A DNA stretch of 64,000 nucleotides, from assembly GCF_024521635.1 (NCBI RefSeq), contig NW_026250410.1, positions 124,001 through 188,000 on the forward strand, written 5' to 3'. How positions within the stretch are numbered: position 1 is the first letter of the stretch; each line of letters starts with the position of its first letter. The notes below the pieces were generated by a model. That model was not told where the DNA came from. It did not search any database and was given only the letters and a program-made list of their open reading frames with translations. This DNA comes from Tricharina praecox. Its lineage: Eukaryota. The position numbers and the translations under genes were made by a program. Of the stretch, positions 1 to 12,562 are shown in pieces.

Positions 1-1
1 C

Positions 2-934
2 CAACACATCGCGGTCTTCGATCGTATTCAGTTTAAGTCGGCGACCGCCAACAACGGCAAGCGTCGCGCTGCGCAGCAGTACTACCATCTCATCGTCGAG
101 CTCTACGCAGATGTGGGCAGTCCGGCTTCATCCGCGCCCGGCCAGCCCGACGCAACGGGCGGTGACGGAGGTTGGGTCAAGATCGCGCAGAGGATATCGG
201 CTCCCATGGTCGTGCGCGGCCGTAGTCCCGGCCACTACGCGGATGAGCGACGTCAGAGCAGTACGTCGAGCCCGGGAGGAGGCAGCACCGGCGGAAATCC
301 ACAGGGCGGCCCCCACGCCCCCTCGCACACCTCGGCCGGTTCCGGATACATGGGAACGGACGGACTGTCGTCTGCTGGTCCTGGCGGTTCGAATCAGGGC
401 ATGAGTAATTTGCAGCACGTCGCTTCGCCTCCGACATCATCGGTGAACCACCATTCGACCCCGTCCATCGCTAGCGCTTCGCCAGCCTCGCATTACACAC
501 CGATCGATCCCAACCTCGGCGATGCCTCTCCACAGATCTCGGGTACCTTTGACAACTACACGTACGTTCCGTCGACACTGTATCAGTCGGCACATCTCCC
601 CCCGCCACCGAGCGTCGACAGCGGTTACGAGACCCACACGTCGTACAACGGCGATCGCAAGAGCGAACACCCCCTCGACACCTCGTGTCCGCAGTACGAG
701 AATGAGATATCGGCGTATATTCCATCGTCGGTTGCGAACGCCGAATCGTATCGCAACAAGACCATTGTCAAGGAGGAATTTTCCCCAGCGGGTGCGGTTC
801 CCTGGCACGGAAGTGGCGCTATCGCCGGACGCGATCAGCGCTTCAGTCACAGCAATAACCTGTTTACGAAGTGCGGAACCTTTGAGACGGCGGAGACGTC
901 CAAGGGCTACTACCCCGACATTCCTCCGCTGTGA
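2..934 (+). CDS. NDT80: NDT80/PhoG-like DNA-binding transcription factor, 5'-truncated by the window edge
   Basis: Frame 2 from base 2 reads QHIAVFDRIQFKSATANNGKRRAAQQYYHLIVELYAD...WVKIAQRISAPMVVRGRSPGHY, the C-terminal half of the NDT80/PhoG domain. A S/P/G-rich tail follows, with stop at 932-934. Which paralog is uncertain. Confidence 0.9.
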   Translation, partial: QHIAVFDRIQFKSATANNGKRRAAQQYYHLIVELYADVGSPASSAPGQPDATGGDGGWVKIAQRISAPMVVRGRSPGHYADERRQSSTSSPGGGSTGGNPQGGPHAPSHTSAGSGYMGTDGLSSAGPGGSNQGMSNLQHVASPPTSSVNHHSTPSIASASPASHYTPIDPNLGDASPQISGTFDNYTYVPSTLYQSAHLPPPPSVDSGYETHTSYNGDRKSEHPLDTSCPQYENEISAYIPSSVANAESYRNKTIVKEEFSPAGAVPWHGSGAIAGRDQRFSHSNNLFTKCGTFETAETSKGYYPDIPPL

Positions 935-3900
935 TGCGCATCCCGGCAGTTTTCAGTGTGTGTGTGGGGTTAGGTGTGTGCGTAAGGCGTCGGGATCGGC
1001 GGCCTCACCTCAGCCGTCTCACACTAATCACGAACGGATATTCAACCTACCGCTGGCCGTTGACGAAAATGGATGATGAAGCTGTTACGAATGGCATTTC
1101 TAGTTGGCGCGATTTGTGGACTTGTGACTTGTTTTCTTTCCTGCTTCCGGTTCGGAGCAGCTGCTTTGTAACATCATTCATATTGTTTGCTATTCGGGTT
1201 TTACATCTATTTCCCCTGGGTTTGTGTTTCTTTTTCATTGATTCCATTTCCTTTTCTTCCGGGGGTTTTCCATTTTTTTTTTCTTCTCGGCGTGTGTTTC
1301 CATTGCGTGGAATTTCTTGATTGTTCGGGGGATGTTGCGGGTTTACGGCAAAACTGGAGCGCTGCTGGAGCCATGGAATTACTACTTACATCTTCATCAT
1401 CGTTAGGATTGGGATCGGGATATCAGTTGTACTTGCGTTTTGCTTTTTGTTTCTGCTCTTATTGTTTTCTGCTTTTCACTGACATTTTCCTCTTGATAAT
1501 CATATTGTCTTGTTCTATGGTGTTACTGGTGGAGATATCTCGGTTTGGTCAGGGTGTTTAGTTGACTTGATGTCTACTATTTGGGCGCTGTTTTTTTTCT
1601 TTCCGTTCTTCATTGTTTTTTTTTCCCCTCCTCATTTTTTTTCTCCCCATTTGTTTTCTCACCATTACTATTCTCCGAGTGTTTTTTTTTCTTCCACTTT
1701 TACTTTTACTTGTGTGTTTGGCAAACGTAGGGACTGTTTTCTGTGTGTGGAATGGAATGGACTGGACTGGACTGGACCTAGGGGCGGACGGGGAATGGGG
1801 GAAATGGCGAATATTAAGGGTTTTTTTTCTTTTCTTTCTTCTCACTGTTTACCGCAATGCTGGATGGGATGTCGGGATGTTGGGGGGACGAGGGGGACGG
1901 GGACGGCGAGGGGGATGATGGCGGGTGGACGTTGGACGAGGACAGTGGCGGGTGGATGTGTGGGTGGTCTGTAGTTCACTTTACCTTTACCTTTGATTTT
2001 TGACCTTTGACTCTGTCTTTTGACGGATCGGTTTCGATTGGTTTTGATGATACTACAATGTGATGTACGAGCGTATGATTAATGAATTGCTACCTAGAGT
2101 GCTTGTCTCCCTTGCTCTTGCTGAGTGCTGAGTGCTGAGCGTGCTTACATTACGGCCAGGAACGGTGGGTGGCGGGCATGGAATGGGGATGAAATGGCGG
2201 TAGAGGGGGAGGGAGTGTCAAATGGCGGCGGATTGACAAGGGGGGGAGGGGCAGAGACAGAGAGGCAAGGAGGTGATCACCCGATGACGGTGACGTTTTG
2301 GTTTCTCCGTTCTGCGTTGTGTTGAGCACTGAATTGTGAGAAGTGAACACTGAGCACTGAGTAGTGGAAGGAAATAAGGGCGGGTGAGGATCTGCTCCGC
2401 TCGCTGGGCAGTGGGCAGATTGAGGAGATTGGGAAGATTAGGACTGGGACGGTAAACGGTGAACTGGTGAGCGGTTATGATAATGCCGCCGGATCTGTGA
2501 GATGTGGAGAGAGTGGCCGGGCTTAGGTAGGTGTGGGTGCCAAGGTAGGCTGGGTGTGAGCGCTGGCTGGGGGAGAGGGCTGGAAGAGAAGGCTGCTACT
2601 GGGGGTGGGAGGGAGGGCTGGGGGAGGGCGGGCGGGAGGGCTGTAGGAGGAAGCGAAGGCTGACCGCTGGTAGCTGGGAGTGGGAGGGCTGGGGGAGAGC
2701 GGAGAATAAGGCTGCTGAACGGTGTAAATTATTGAAGATACTTGGTTATACAACAATACAAGTGCACGGTGTATCTGTACCTACATGGCTGCAATTCTGA
2801 AATACTGCAATTCTGCGTAGCTTGTCAGCCCGGCGATATCACATGGTAAACAACTGCAAATCTACAAATCTCCGAATCTGCGATCACGCCCCCCCCCCCC
2901 CCCCCCCATGATATCTCGTAGGCAGATCGTGGAGCACTGAATCATCGGCCACCACCGCCACCACCACCTACGTTCAAACCTCCACTTCCAGCGTGCGGCC
3001 ATTATCGTCTCCGCCCGGTCAGCGAGTAGCGACTAAGTACCGGTAGTTAGCACTCCAGCTCCAACCCAGACCCGCACCGGCACCCGAACACAGACCCGAA
3101 GATCTGGTTACCTGCCCTATCTCGCTGGCCGCCTATCTATCCCCCATCCTCCATCCATACATTGGCCTATCCCTCATCCATCCATCATCTGCCAGTCAGT
3201 GAATGTCGCAATTAGGAATCCCCCCCTCCCCCCCGCCCCTCCAAGCTCCAAGACGACGACTTGCCGCCGCCCGCCCAGCCAGCCAGCGAGCCCGGGGGGA
3301 AACGGGAGCGCAACCTTATCCACCACCACCTCCGCCTCCACCTCCACCTCCACCTCTTACAACACTGCTGCACAGCAATGCATTGCACTGCACGCTCCCG
3401 TCGTCGTTGTCGTTGCCTTTGCCTTGTGCTCCCCAACGCCACCCCGTCATGACACACGTCACGTCACCACACCCACTTCACCCACCTCACCCACCTCACC
3501 GCAGACTCTGCATGTACCACGTGAGCCGGGCGGCAGTTGTCCCCTTGGTCCCTTGGCCCTTTGGTCCCTTGGCTCTTGTGTGGTCCCTGGTCCTGCTGCT
3601 GGTTCTGTACAGCGCAGGCAGCTTCCCGTGGCCAGAGTCTGGCAGAGTCTGGATTGGGCGGTTTTTTTGGGCAATGCTCGGCGGTTTTGCTGGATAGGAG
3701 GCGGGGGAGGCGGGTGGTGGTACGGGTGGTGGTACGGGTGGTGGTACTGGTGGTGGTGCTGCTGGTGGTACCCGCTCGTGGAAACTGGACTCTGGCCAGG
3801 TGCGGATGTATAGTAGGATGGTATGGTATGGTATATTGGTACAACGCCTCGACCGATGGGGTGAGCGATGGCGAGCTGCTACCTACTACATACCAGGTAT

Positions 3901-5651
3901 GGTACATATAGTACATACGATCTGTTGGATTGCGTCTTTGCCGTTGTCGAGCGAGGGAGGGAGGACATTCCTCCGCTCTTCCCACTGCCCCATCCGCACA
4001 CCGCCGGTTTCTTCCAGCGCCAGGAGGAGGGAAGGTGCGCTGCTTGCCTTGCTGGCTGGTTGGCTGGGTCGCTGGCAGTTGTTTGCTGCTACTGCTACTG
4101 TTGCTGGTGCTGATGCTGATGCCAAGTCGGGAGTTCGAGCGAAAGAGACACCCACCCGTGATCCGCTGTCTCAGCGGACCCCTTAAGTTGAACCTTGTGC
4201 ACGCCCAGATCACGCCCTGAACACGCCCAGATCACACCCTCCCCTGCCCGGATCGCTCGCTCGCTCCCCCAGATGGATGAAAGCACCACACGGATCCCGT
4301 ACCGGCCTCCCCGGCAGAGATGGGAGCCGCTGCGTGGTTGGTTCTGCGTACAAGGAGAACGAGGGGGAGGATGACAATTATGGCCACGATACCCACGCAC
4401 CCACTGACACTGCTGCTGTGTGAGCACTCGTGAATTTGTCACTGGCTGCTCTACTCAGCTCGGCTCGGCGGTACCGGTCCGCTCCGGGACTGGAATACGC
4501 TCGCTCTTCTCTCTTCTCGTGTCGTGTGTGTGGGTGAGTCCCATCTCGTAGTAACGAGGTAACGGAGTAACGGGACACGACAGCGGGGTGGCGGTTGTCT
4601 TTGCGTTGCATCGCAACGACGACGACGGTTAGTTTCATCTCGCTAACTACGTACCTACCTCGGGCTTGGGCTCGAGATTGGCAGGCAGGAAGTGAGAGTT
4701 GCAGCGCGAGCTGAGTGGGAGTTGATTGAGTGAGTGAGTGATAATTAGCAGCGGTGAGAATCGAGATGCAATGTCAGCTGGTTAGATACGAGCCTAAGTG
4801 AGATGGCTGACGAACGAGTCCGTAGCGGAGGCGGGGCGCTTACGTACCCCGATCCTTCCTCCTGCTCAGTGCTCGCTCGCTGCAGGAGGAGGTCCGATGC
4901 GAAGTGGGACGGATGGATGGATGGAGCGGTCGGATGGAGCGGTCGGACTCGGGGTCGGGAGTGGCGCCGTGCTCAGACAGCTATGGCAGTGGCATAGTGT
5001 CTCGCTCACTCACTCACTCACTCAGCAGGGTCACCACTGTGCTGCGAGTGACTGAATAGTACTGTATGGCAGCCGTACTTACATAAGATGTAGTCTTCTT
5101 GGATTGAATGCGAGTAAGTGACCATGATTAACCGGAAAACCGAGTGAGCGACTGTGTAGGATACCGCGGTCCGGCTAGACGAAACCGATCCCATGCCATC
5201 CCATCCGTTCGGGTCAGGTCTGGTCTGGTCTGAAGGTGCTGCACAAATACGGCGAGTCGAGTCTTTTGTAGCACGGAGGCTGGAAGGCTGGAAGGCTAGA
5301 TGTGGCCGTTATATTGGTTCACTGGTTGGGTTGGGAATATTGCCCAGCGTTTATTGCGTTTAGTCAGCGTCAATTCCTTCGTGGCGGTTTAGCACTGTCC
5401 ATGGCTTCTCATCAGAATCAGCCTCGTTAGCTCGAGTAAAGCCTTCAAGTCTTCAAGCCCATAGTGCAGCCCAGTCCGGCGACGGCGACGGCGACGACTA
5501 TCATCGCATCCTCTCAGAGGTCTGAGGCCCAGCCTTCATCTCGTCGTCTACAGGAGCTCTTTTCCTTTATAATCAGCCTTCTTTCTCATCTTTCTCATAT
5601 CAATACATCCATCAATTGAGTCAAGTCAAGTTCTTTTCTCAATTATAACAC

Positions 5652-5790
5652 GTCACGTGCTTCACTGCACGAGCGAGTGATTTCGCATGAATTGATGATG
5701 ACCCTCCCTCCAAGCAACAATCCAGCTACCTACCTAGGTAGCTAGCCACCCACTCCACAACTAAAAAAGGAAAAGCCGCAACCCGGGTTT
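5652..5790 (-). repeat. Partial copy of tRNA-like/SINE-like repeat module
   Basis: Direct repeat of ~6975-7115 (cacgtgct...ccctccaagcaacaatccagctacctacct...gaaaagccgcaacc). Confidence 0.75.
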
Positions 5791-5796
5791 GACGTA

Positions 5797-6580
5797 GATC
5801 GAGTGCAGACCGCAATTGATAAGAAGCCGATGTCATCCTCTCGCACAGCGGCCAGAGCAACAACATATGGCCAATGGCGCATGCATGCCTCGCCTGCATG
5901 CATGGCCGGAGGAAAGACCTTTGCTCTGAAAGGAAGAAGACCTCCGCGTATAACGTGGGGGAGATAGTAAACCACGTTATGCGTGTATAACTTGGGGCGG
6001 TAGTAGACCAAGTTACACCTTCTTTGGTTTTTTTGTTTCATCATCACGAAACCGTCTGCAGCCCGGTTTCGGAGATTCTTGGGCCTTGGCCATGCATGCG
6101 CGCGGCATGTCTCTCACACATGTGACGTGCATGGCCAGGAGGAAAGACCTTTGCCCTCTCACAGCAAAGGAAGAAAACCTCCGCGTATAACCTGAGGGGG
6201 TAGTAGACCAAGCTATACGCGTATAACTTGGGGGGTGGTAAACCAAGTTATACTTTCTTGGTTTTTTTCTTCCTCGTCAACACGAAACCGTCTGTCACCC
6301 AGTCTCGGAGAGGCCATCCAACGGGAGCAAGTCGGCTCTCACCCGACTTGGACTCCCGGAGGAAGGGGGAAAGAACTTTGCCGGCAGCGGAAGAGAAAAC
6401 CCCGTCCTTGGACCTTTTCTACTCAGCCTCGAGGGTTAGATCCGTCTATTGTCGCTGCAACCTGTCTACTTTGTAGACAGGTTGCACGGATCCCTCAGTT
6501 CCTCGCTGCTACGGCTGAGCAGGATAGCTCTGTAAGGTTATCCTGGAAGTAACAAGTGGGGGGGAAAGAACGACGTACCT
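5797..6580 (-). repeat. Hairpin-array element, copy 1 (candidate structured ncRNA or non-autonomous mobile element)
   Basis: Reverse complement is near-identical to 28533-29308 and 13394-14141 and contains more than 10 inverted-repeat stems. No credible ORF. Confidence 0.85.
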
Positions 6581-6949
6581 GGAAGTTTGATCTCGAGATC
6601 AGGTGGAAGGAAGGAAGGGAGGGAGTAAGGAAGGAAGGAATGAATGAAGGCGAACGGTCGACGAAGAAAGGAAGCTGTGATGGTTGTAAAGAGAAGGAGA
6701 GAAGGAGGAGCAGAAGGGGGGTTTTGTAGGTGATTTAGGAGTTGCCGGGTTCCAAGCTGGTTTTCGCCGCCGCCAGAGGACTAGACCCCACCAAGACTTA
6801 CTCATCCGGTGAATTGAGCAAGCAAACGTGACGACCTCCTAGCCGGAGACGGGTTGATTACCTCGCGCGCCGAAGGAGTCCCCGCCCGGAGTAGAAGAAG
6901 AAGCAAGAAACATAACTACCAATCCTCCTATCGATCTCTGTATATTCGA

Positions 6950-7161
6950 CAAATTCCCTGACACCCATTCCAAACCATCACGTGCTCCACTTCACGAACG
7001 AGTGTTTTCCCCTGATTTCGTGATGTTCCTCCCTCCAAGCAACAATCCAGCTACCTACCTAAGCTAGCCACCCACTCCGCAACAAGAAAAGGAAAAGCCG
7101 CAACCAGGGATTGAACCGCTGCGCAGCAAAAGAGCGTCCTCCCCAAGGCTGCTAGCCTTGT
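6950..7161 (-). repeat. tRNA-like/SINE-like repeat module (A-box-like, B-box-like, T-rich tract)
   Basis: Minus strand reads TAGCAGCCTTGG (7154-7143), then GGTTCAATCCC (7117-7107), then TTTTCCTTTTC. Homologous to 14623-14823 and 29314-29525. Confidence 0.6.
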
Positions 7162-7205
7162 CCCTAGGGTACAAGCAATGCGTTAATCACGCATTTAAAT
7201 GCACC
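7162..7205 (+). mobile_element. Solo terminal inverted repeat of the CCCTAGGGTACAAG family
   Basis: CCCTAGGGTACAAGCAATGCG matches the TIRs at 8421 and 10199. It truncates the adjacent tRNA-like module. No partner end found. Confidence 0.55.
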
Positions 7206-8236
7206 CGAAATGACGCAGAATGCGTTGCACAGTTTTGGTGACAGACACGCACCGTGAAAATTGCGTTGTTGCCAAAACTGCGTGAATTCTGCCAAAGCTT
7301 TACAGTTTACTCACAGCCTTCTTAGAATACGGGGCAGTCGATGCATGCCGAACTTGAGAGGCTGTCCGAGAGGCCTGCTCTCTCTCTCATCATCATGATC
7401 ACATGATCACATGATCAACCTCTACCTCCTCTCTCTCTCGTGATCACCATCGTCTACTCACACGGCCGGAGATTTAGGTACCCCTCCTCTACCTCCACTC
7501 CACTGCAGGATATTATCTGAGGTTGGATCTGTGGATGAGGATGATCAGTTATCCTATGTGACGACATTGAAGAAGCCTCATTCATGAGCAACTATTCAAA
7601 GAACGAGGAGGTGGGGGGGTGGGGGGGGGAACCTAAATTTCCGGCCGTGTGAGTAGTGTGTAGGTTATGATGCCGGGCCGATGTCAAGTCGTATGGTGAG
7701 GCGACTGTGCGGCTGGCTAAGGGATCCCTCAACTGCCCACCGCGCAACCATATGCGCGTCCACTGAACCTTATTTGTGCCAACATCTCCGGGCGTCCAAA
7801 GTTTGGCACCTCCTCTCTCTCTCTCTCTCAGCATCATCATCTACAGAATAGACGATCAACCTCTACCTCATCTCTCTCTACCTCATCTCTCTCTACATAG
7901 TTCCCACTTCAACGAGAGCACCAGATCCACGGGGAGGATATTTGGTTATTTAGTCTTGCGGGGCCACCGTAGCTAGGTTTGTGGCCTCGTCACCAAGAAG
8001 TTAAGCTCATTATTACAAGGTGTCCTTTTGTACACTCTCTCTTTTTCTTCTGAATCGTACACTGTCTGTACATTCGCATCAACATCTTTGCTAATTCTTC
8101 TCCAGTTCGGCCGGCGTGACGAGGATGGGAGCACACACAGAGGAGAGAGCGGAGATGGGAGGTTGACCGTCTATTAAATAAATGATGGTCAAGAAAGAAG
8201 AAGAGAATCCGTGGGTGCCGACTTAGGTCGCCCTGT

Positions 8237-8400
8237 CCTCATTTGGTCAACCCCGCCATGCCCACCAAAGCTGATGCCCACTACTACCACATTCGTTTCC
8301 TCTCGCTGACAGCTCCTCCTCTCACAGACAGCTCCTTCTCCACATCCCCCTCTCGCCTACAGCTCCATCACCACTTTGCCACAACAGTGTACAATCCGCG
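8237..8400 (+). repeat. Fragment related to the interior of the adjacent TIR element
   Basis: ccccgccatgcccaccaaagctgatgcccactact...cctctcgctgacagct matches 8860-9060. Confidence 0.6.
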
Positions 8401-8418
8401 GCGAGAAGGAGTTGTGTA

Positions 8419-10201
8419 GTCCCTAGGGTACAAGGAATGCGGCAAGCCGCAATTAAGCAAATGCGAGCCTGCCTGTAAACTGGCTCCTGACACAAAATGC
8501 GGACCATTTTCTCTGGTAATTCAGGCTTCTGCTAGTAAATTGGCCTAAGCTGATTCAATAGGCGGTAGGTAGTAATTGCGGCCAGCTCACGAGGGTCAAA
8601 TTGGGCTCTTATACTTAATATGGCTGTCAACACTCAATGTGTCGATTGGACAGAAGCCTAATATGGCGATGAGGTGTAAACTGGCGGTTAGCAGTAAATG
8701 CAATGTCTCTCCACCACTCTCTTCGGGCATCCGTTAGTAAAAAGACACCTTACCGCTCATCAGGCTTCCGGCTCGAGTGATGAATAGGCTTCGATTTATA
8801 AATGGACCATTTTCTTCTTATTCGGCCGACCCCGCCATGCGTGCCCCCCGCCATGTCCCCCGCCATGCCCACAAATGTTGATGCCCACTACTAACCACAT
8901 CCGCGTCCTCCCGCCGACGGGTTCTCCATCACTACGTCATCCTCTCACCGGCACTCACGGCTCCTCCGTCACTTCCTTCTCCATCTCTTCCTCCTCCATC
9001 TCTTCCTCCTCTCGCCAACATCTCCTCCTTCACTTCCTCCCCTCGCTGACAGCTATTCCATCAATTCCTCATTTTGCCAATAGCTACTCCTCTCCTCCTT
9101 CTCGCTAACAGCTTCTCCCCATCACTTCCTCATCTCGCTTCACCTCTCGCTAACAGCTCCTTCATCACTTCCTCCTCTCGCCGAGCCCTCATCCGCCACT
9201 CTACCACACAGTATTTCCCTTCGTCGTCGATCACCCTCTGTCTCTGGTCTTCCACAGCAGGTACGTATTGCGTTCCTAGACCTAGCTCGCTGCGGATACC
9301 CCACTGTCATCGCCGGTACTAACAGACTGTCTATTTAGCACGCCGGTCATGTTGAATCTGTGCTAAGGTACCCGGGTGAAGACCGAAGAGCGGGAAGAGC
9401 GGTGGGAGGCGGGGAGATGCGGGTTTCGGTTTGCATAGGAGCGGAGGGGAGGATATATATGGGCTGAGCAGCAGTAGTTATCATACATAGAACCACAGCA
9501 ATTTCAAGCAGCAGTTCGCGCTCGTGTAATTGTTGAGGTTAGCCATATAAGCTCCTAAAAGCCATAACATCAACTCTACCCTTTTATAGCCGTATCAGTG
9601 ACAGCGCCCTTTTGGAACCCTTGTATGAAGAGCCCTTTTAGACTAAAGAGCCCTTTAATAGCCGGAATAGAGCCCTTTTAGAGCCCTTTGACTGTCATCC
9701 TCCCAGGCCGTAATAACGCGGGCCCATTTAGTTAATACGGCAGTGCCTATGGAGTATTCCCGGCGGGATGAGTGGGAAGACCAAAAGCTAACAGCCAGCG
9801 CAGGACAGCAAGAACAGCGACGAGGATGACTACAGCGCCGGCGACGGAAATGTGCTATCTGCCGAGACTGGCGGAGTGTGGTATCCATGGCGGGGAGAGT
9901 GCGGTATGCAGCGAGGCAACTGTAGGAAGGTATAGGAGGACAAGGCACATATGTATCTAGTACTATCATAGATTAATGCAACGCATTTGATAACACTGCA
10001 AATTACCTAAAAGAACGCATTATACACCAGCCCGTTTTGCGACACCGTGGACTCCATTTTTCGACACCGTGGACTCCATTTTGTGACATCGGGAAAACAG
10101 ATTTTGCGACATCTGAAAACAGATTTTGCGACATTTTAGAATCACATTTTGCGGCATCAACGTATATCTCGGCGACAACGCATTCCTTGTACCCTAGGGT
10201 G
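8419..10201 (+). mobile_element. Non-autonomous DNA transposon A (~1.8 kb)
   Basis: Perfect TIR CCCTAGGGTACAAGGAATGCG at 8421-8441 and its reverse complement at 10179-10199. Subterminal repeats: TTTTGCGACA-like x6 at 10035-10160 and AGAGCCCTTT at 9629-9690. Internal TATA (~8797) and intron-like GTACGT...TACTAAC...TAG (9261-9338). No transposase ORF. TA lies outside both ends, so superfamily (hAT vs Tc1/mariner) is unresolved. Confidence 0.75.
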
Positions 10202-10721
10202 TACAGCCGATGGACCTCCTCACCACCTGGGAAATTCACTCCAACTGAGCCACGATCACTGCCTGGTGCTTTCGCCCCTCGCGGAGTTTTGAACTCGCGA
10301 GGTACGCATCGATACCTAACCCACCACATATAAACAAAATAATTGGACACGTCCAGCAACCCACCGCAATACGCAGAGAACCCCCCAAATTAGTATAAGA
10401 CTGCCGAATGGCGCTTTCATTTTCCCGTACGAACATATTGAGGACGTGTGCCAGACAACCACTACATTGCACACTTTCCCTCTCCATATCTTCCTCAACC
10501 CTTGTAGGTATCCTGCCACATGCACTGCAGCGGAGATATATTGATGTACAGATATGATTCATCGCCGACCGCGGATAGCACACTTGAACGGTTGTACGAG
10601 CGCGAACTGCTGCGTGTGATTGCTATCGTTCTAGCTACTGCTACATACTCGCCACATATATCCTCCCCTCCGCGCCTAAACAATCCGAACATATGTACCT
10701 GTTCCCCCCACTACCCCACTT

Positions 10722-12223
10722 CCTATGGTACAGGCGATGGGACAGGGGCCGTTTTGTTGAATGGGCACGCATTTAAATCGGCTCCCAATATTCTTTCTGG
10801 CTGTAATTAGCCTGTATTTGGCTGTGAAAAGGCTGTGAAAAGGCTGTATCCAGGCTTGAAAGATTAAAAGGGCTGTAAGGTATAAAGGGCGATACCTAGT
10901 ACATACGGCTAGAAAAGGGCACAGTTGCTCAACTGGCGTTGATAATAAATGGCTTTTAGGAGTTCATATGGCTGACATTGAACAATTATACGAGTGCAAT
11001 CTGCTGCTTCAGATTTCTGTGATTCTAGCTACTGCTGCTCGCCCAATATATATCCTCCCGTCTGCGCCCAAGCAAACCGAACCCTGCTTGTCCCCGCTTG
11101 TCCCCCGCTCGCCGGCTTCCACCCCGTCATCTTAGCACACATACAACATGACCGGCGTGCTCAATCGACTGTCTGCTAGTATCCGCAGCGAGTCAGGCCT
11201 GATACTGAAGGATGGCATAGGAGGAGAGGACGTACCGGTGACAAGAGGGCCAGGTGCTGTTAGACAGCAAAGGAGGACGAGACAGAGTGCTATTAGCGGC
11301 GATGACAGTGGGGTATCCGCAGCGAAGCAGGTGTGTAGGATAGCATAGGAGCATGATGCGTACCTGCTGTAAGAAGACCAGACACTGTCAAAGAGCGAGT
11401 GGCGGCGAGGGGGAATACTGTGGGGCGGACTGATGGGGGAGCTGTAGCCTGTCAGCGAGAAGAGGAAGTGATGCAGGAGCTGTGGGTGCGAGCAGGGTGA
11501 AGTGATGGAATAGCTGTCAGGGAGATGAAGTGATGGAGGAGTTGTAGGCGAGGGGAGGAAGTGACGGAAGAGCTGTTCGCGGGAGGAAGCGAATGTGATT
11601 AGTATGTAGTGGACTACAACGTTGGTGGGCATGGCGGGGGGCATGGCGGGGTCGGCCGAATAAGGAGAAAATGCTCCATTTATAAATCGAAGCCCATTTT
11701 CACTCAGGCCGGAAGCCTAATGAGCGGGAAAGTTGTCTTTTTATCAACGGATGCCCGAAGAGAGTGGTGGAGACATTGTATTTGCTGCCAATAGCCAATT
11801 TACACCTCAACGCCAAATCTGACCTCTGTCTATTCTTCACATTGAGTATAGACAGCCAAATTAGGCGAAAGAGCCCAGTTTGAGTATTGTAAACTGGCCG
11901 CAATTACTACCAACAGCCCATTGACTCGGCTCCGCCCAATATGACCATCGCAAACTGGCCCGCAATTACTACCAACCGCCTATTGACTAGGCTTCGCCCA
12001 ATTTGAGTATTGTAAACTGGCCGTAATTACTACTAACCCCCCATTGACTCGGCTCCGCCCAAATAAACATGGCAACTTGTGCCCTATGAGGAAAAAAGGC
12101 CAATTTACTGGCAGAAGCCTGAATTACCAGTGCAAACGAGCTGCAATTTGTGCTAATAGCCAGTTTATATGCAGACTCGCATTCAACCAAAGGGGCCTCG
12201 TCCCATTCCCTGTACCCTTAGGG
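10722..12223 (-). mobile_element. Non-autonomous DNA transposon B, diverged relative of A in opposite orientation
   Basis: Ends CCTATGGTACAGGCGATGGGAC and reverse-complement CCTAAGGGTACAGGGAATGGGAC. The interior 10900-11900 aligns as reverse complement to 8590-9600. Confidence 0.7.
11879..12062. repeat. Three ~60-bp tandem repeats inside element B
   Basis: aaactggcc(c)gcaattactaccaac..cc.attgact.ggct.cgcccaa occurs three times. Confidence 0.8.
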
Positions 12224-12369
12224 GTACTGCCACCTCACTCCACCGCTTCCCCACTACCAACTTCCGCATTCTCCGGCATTCACCCCGGCACCTTAGCACA
12301 CATTCAATAATACTCTCCCCGCCGCTGATACCACATTTTCTTCGCCGCGGATAGTACACTCCACCCATC

Positions 12370-12437
12370 GTCGCGGAATCATGAGAAAACACTCGTTCGC
12401 GGAGCACGTGATGTTGTGGAACGGGTGTCATGGAACT
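12370..12437 (+). repeat. 3' part of tRNA-like/SINE-like module
   Basis: ggaatcatgagaaaacactcgttcgcggagcacgtgatgttgtggaacgggtgtcatggaa matches 14759-14818 and 29459-29518. Confidence 0.75.
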
Positions 12438-12562
12438 GTTGAGGGCAGGGGAAGTAGGGCGCCTCATCGGACTGGTCGGTACCGGGGCTTTCACCTCGAC
12501 TGGCCAGGGCGGGCAGGAAAAATAGTGCGTTGGTTCGCCATAGTCTAGATCGCAGTCGACGC

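Noticed and set aside
935..5600. Many short ORFs downstream of NDT80
   Set aside because: Low-complexity T-rich 3' UTR and microsatellite-rich intergenic DNA with no protein-like signal.
6013..6552. ORFs of 77-105 aa repeated in all three hairpin-element copies
   Set aside because: Mostly non-ATG starts, frames broken between copies (copy 2 is frameshifted), and identity just reflects DNA repeat identity.
7095..7161. Functional tRNA gene
   Set aside because: A/B-box-like motifs are too close and I could not build a cloverleaf with an acceptor stem.
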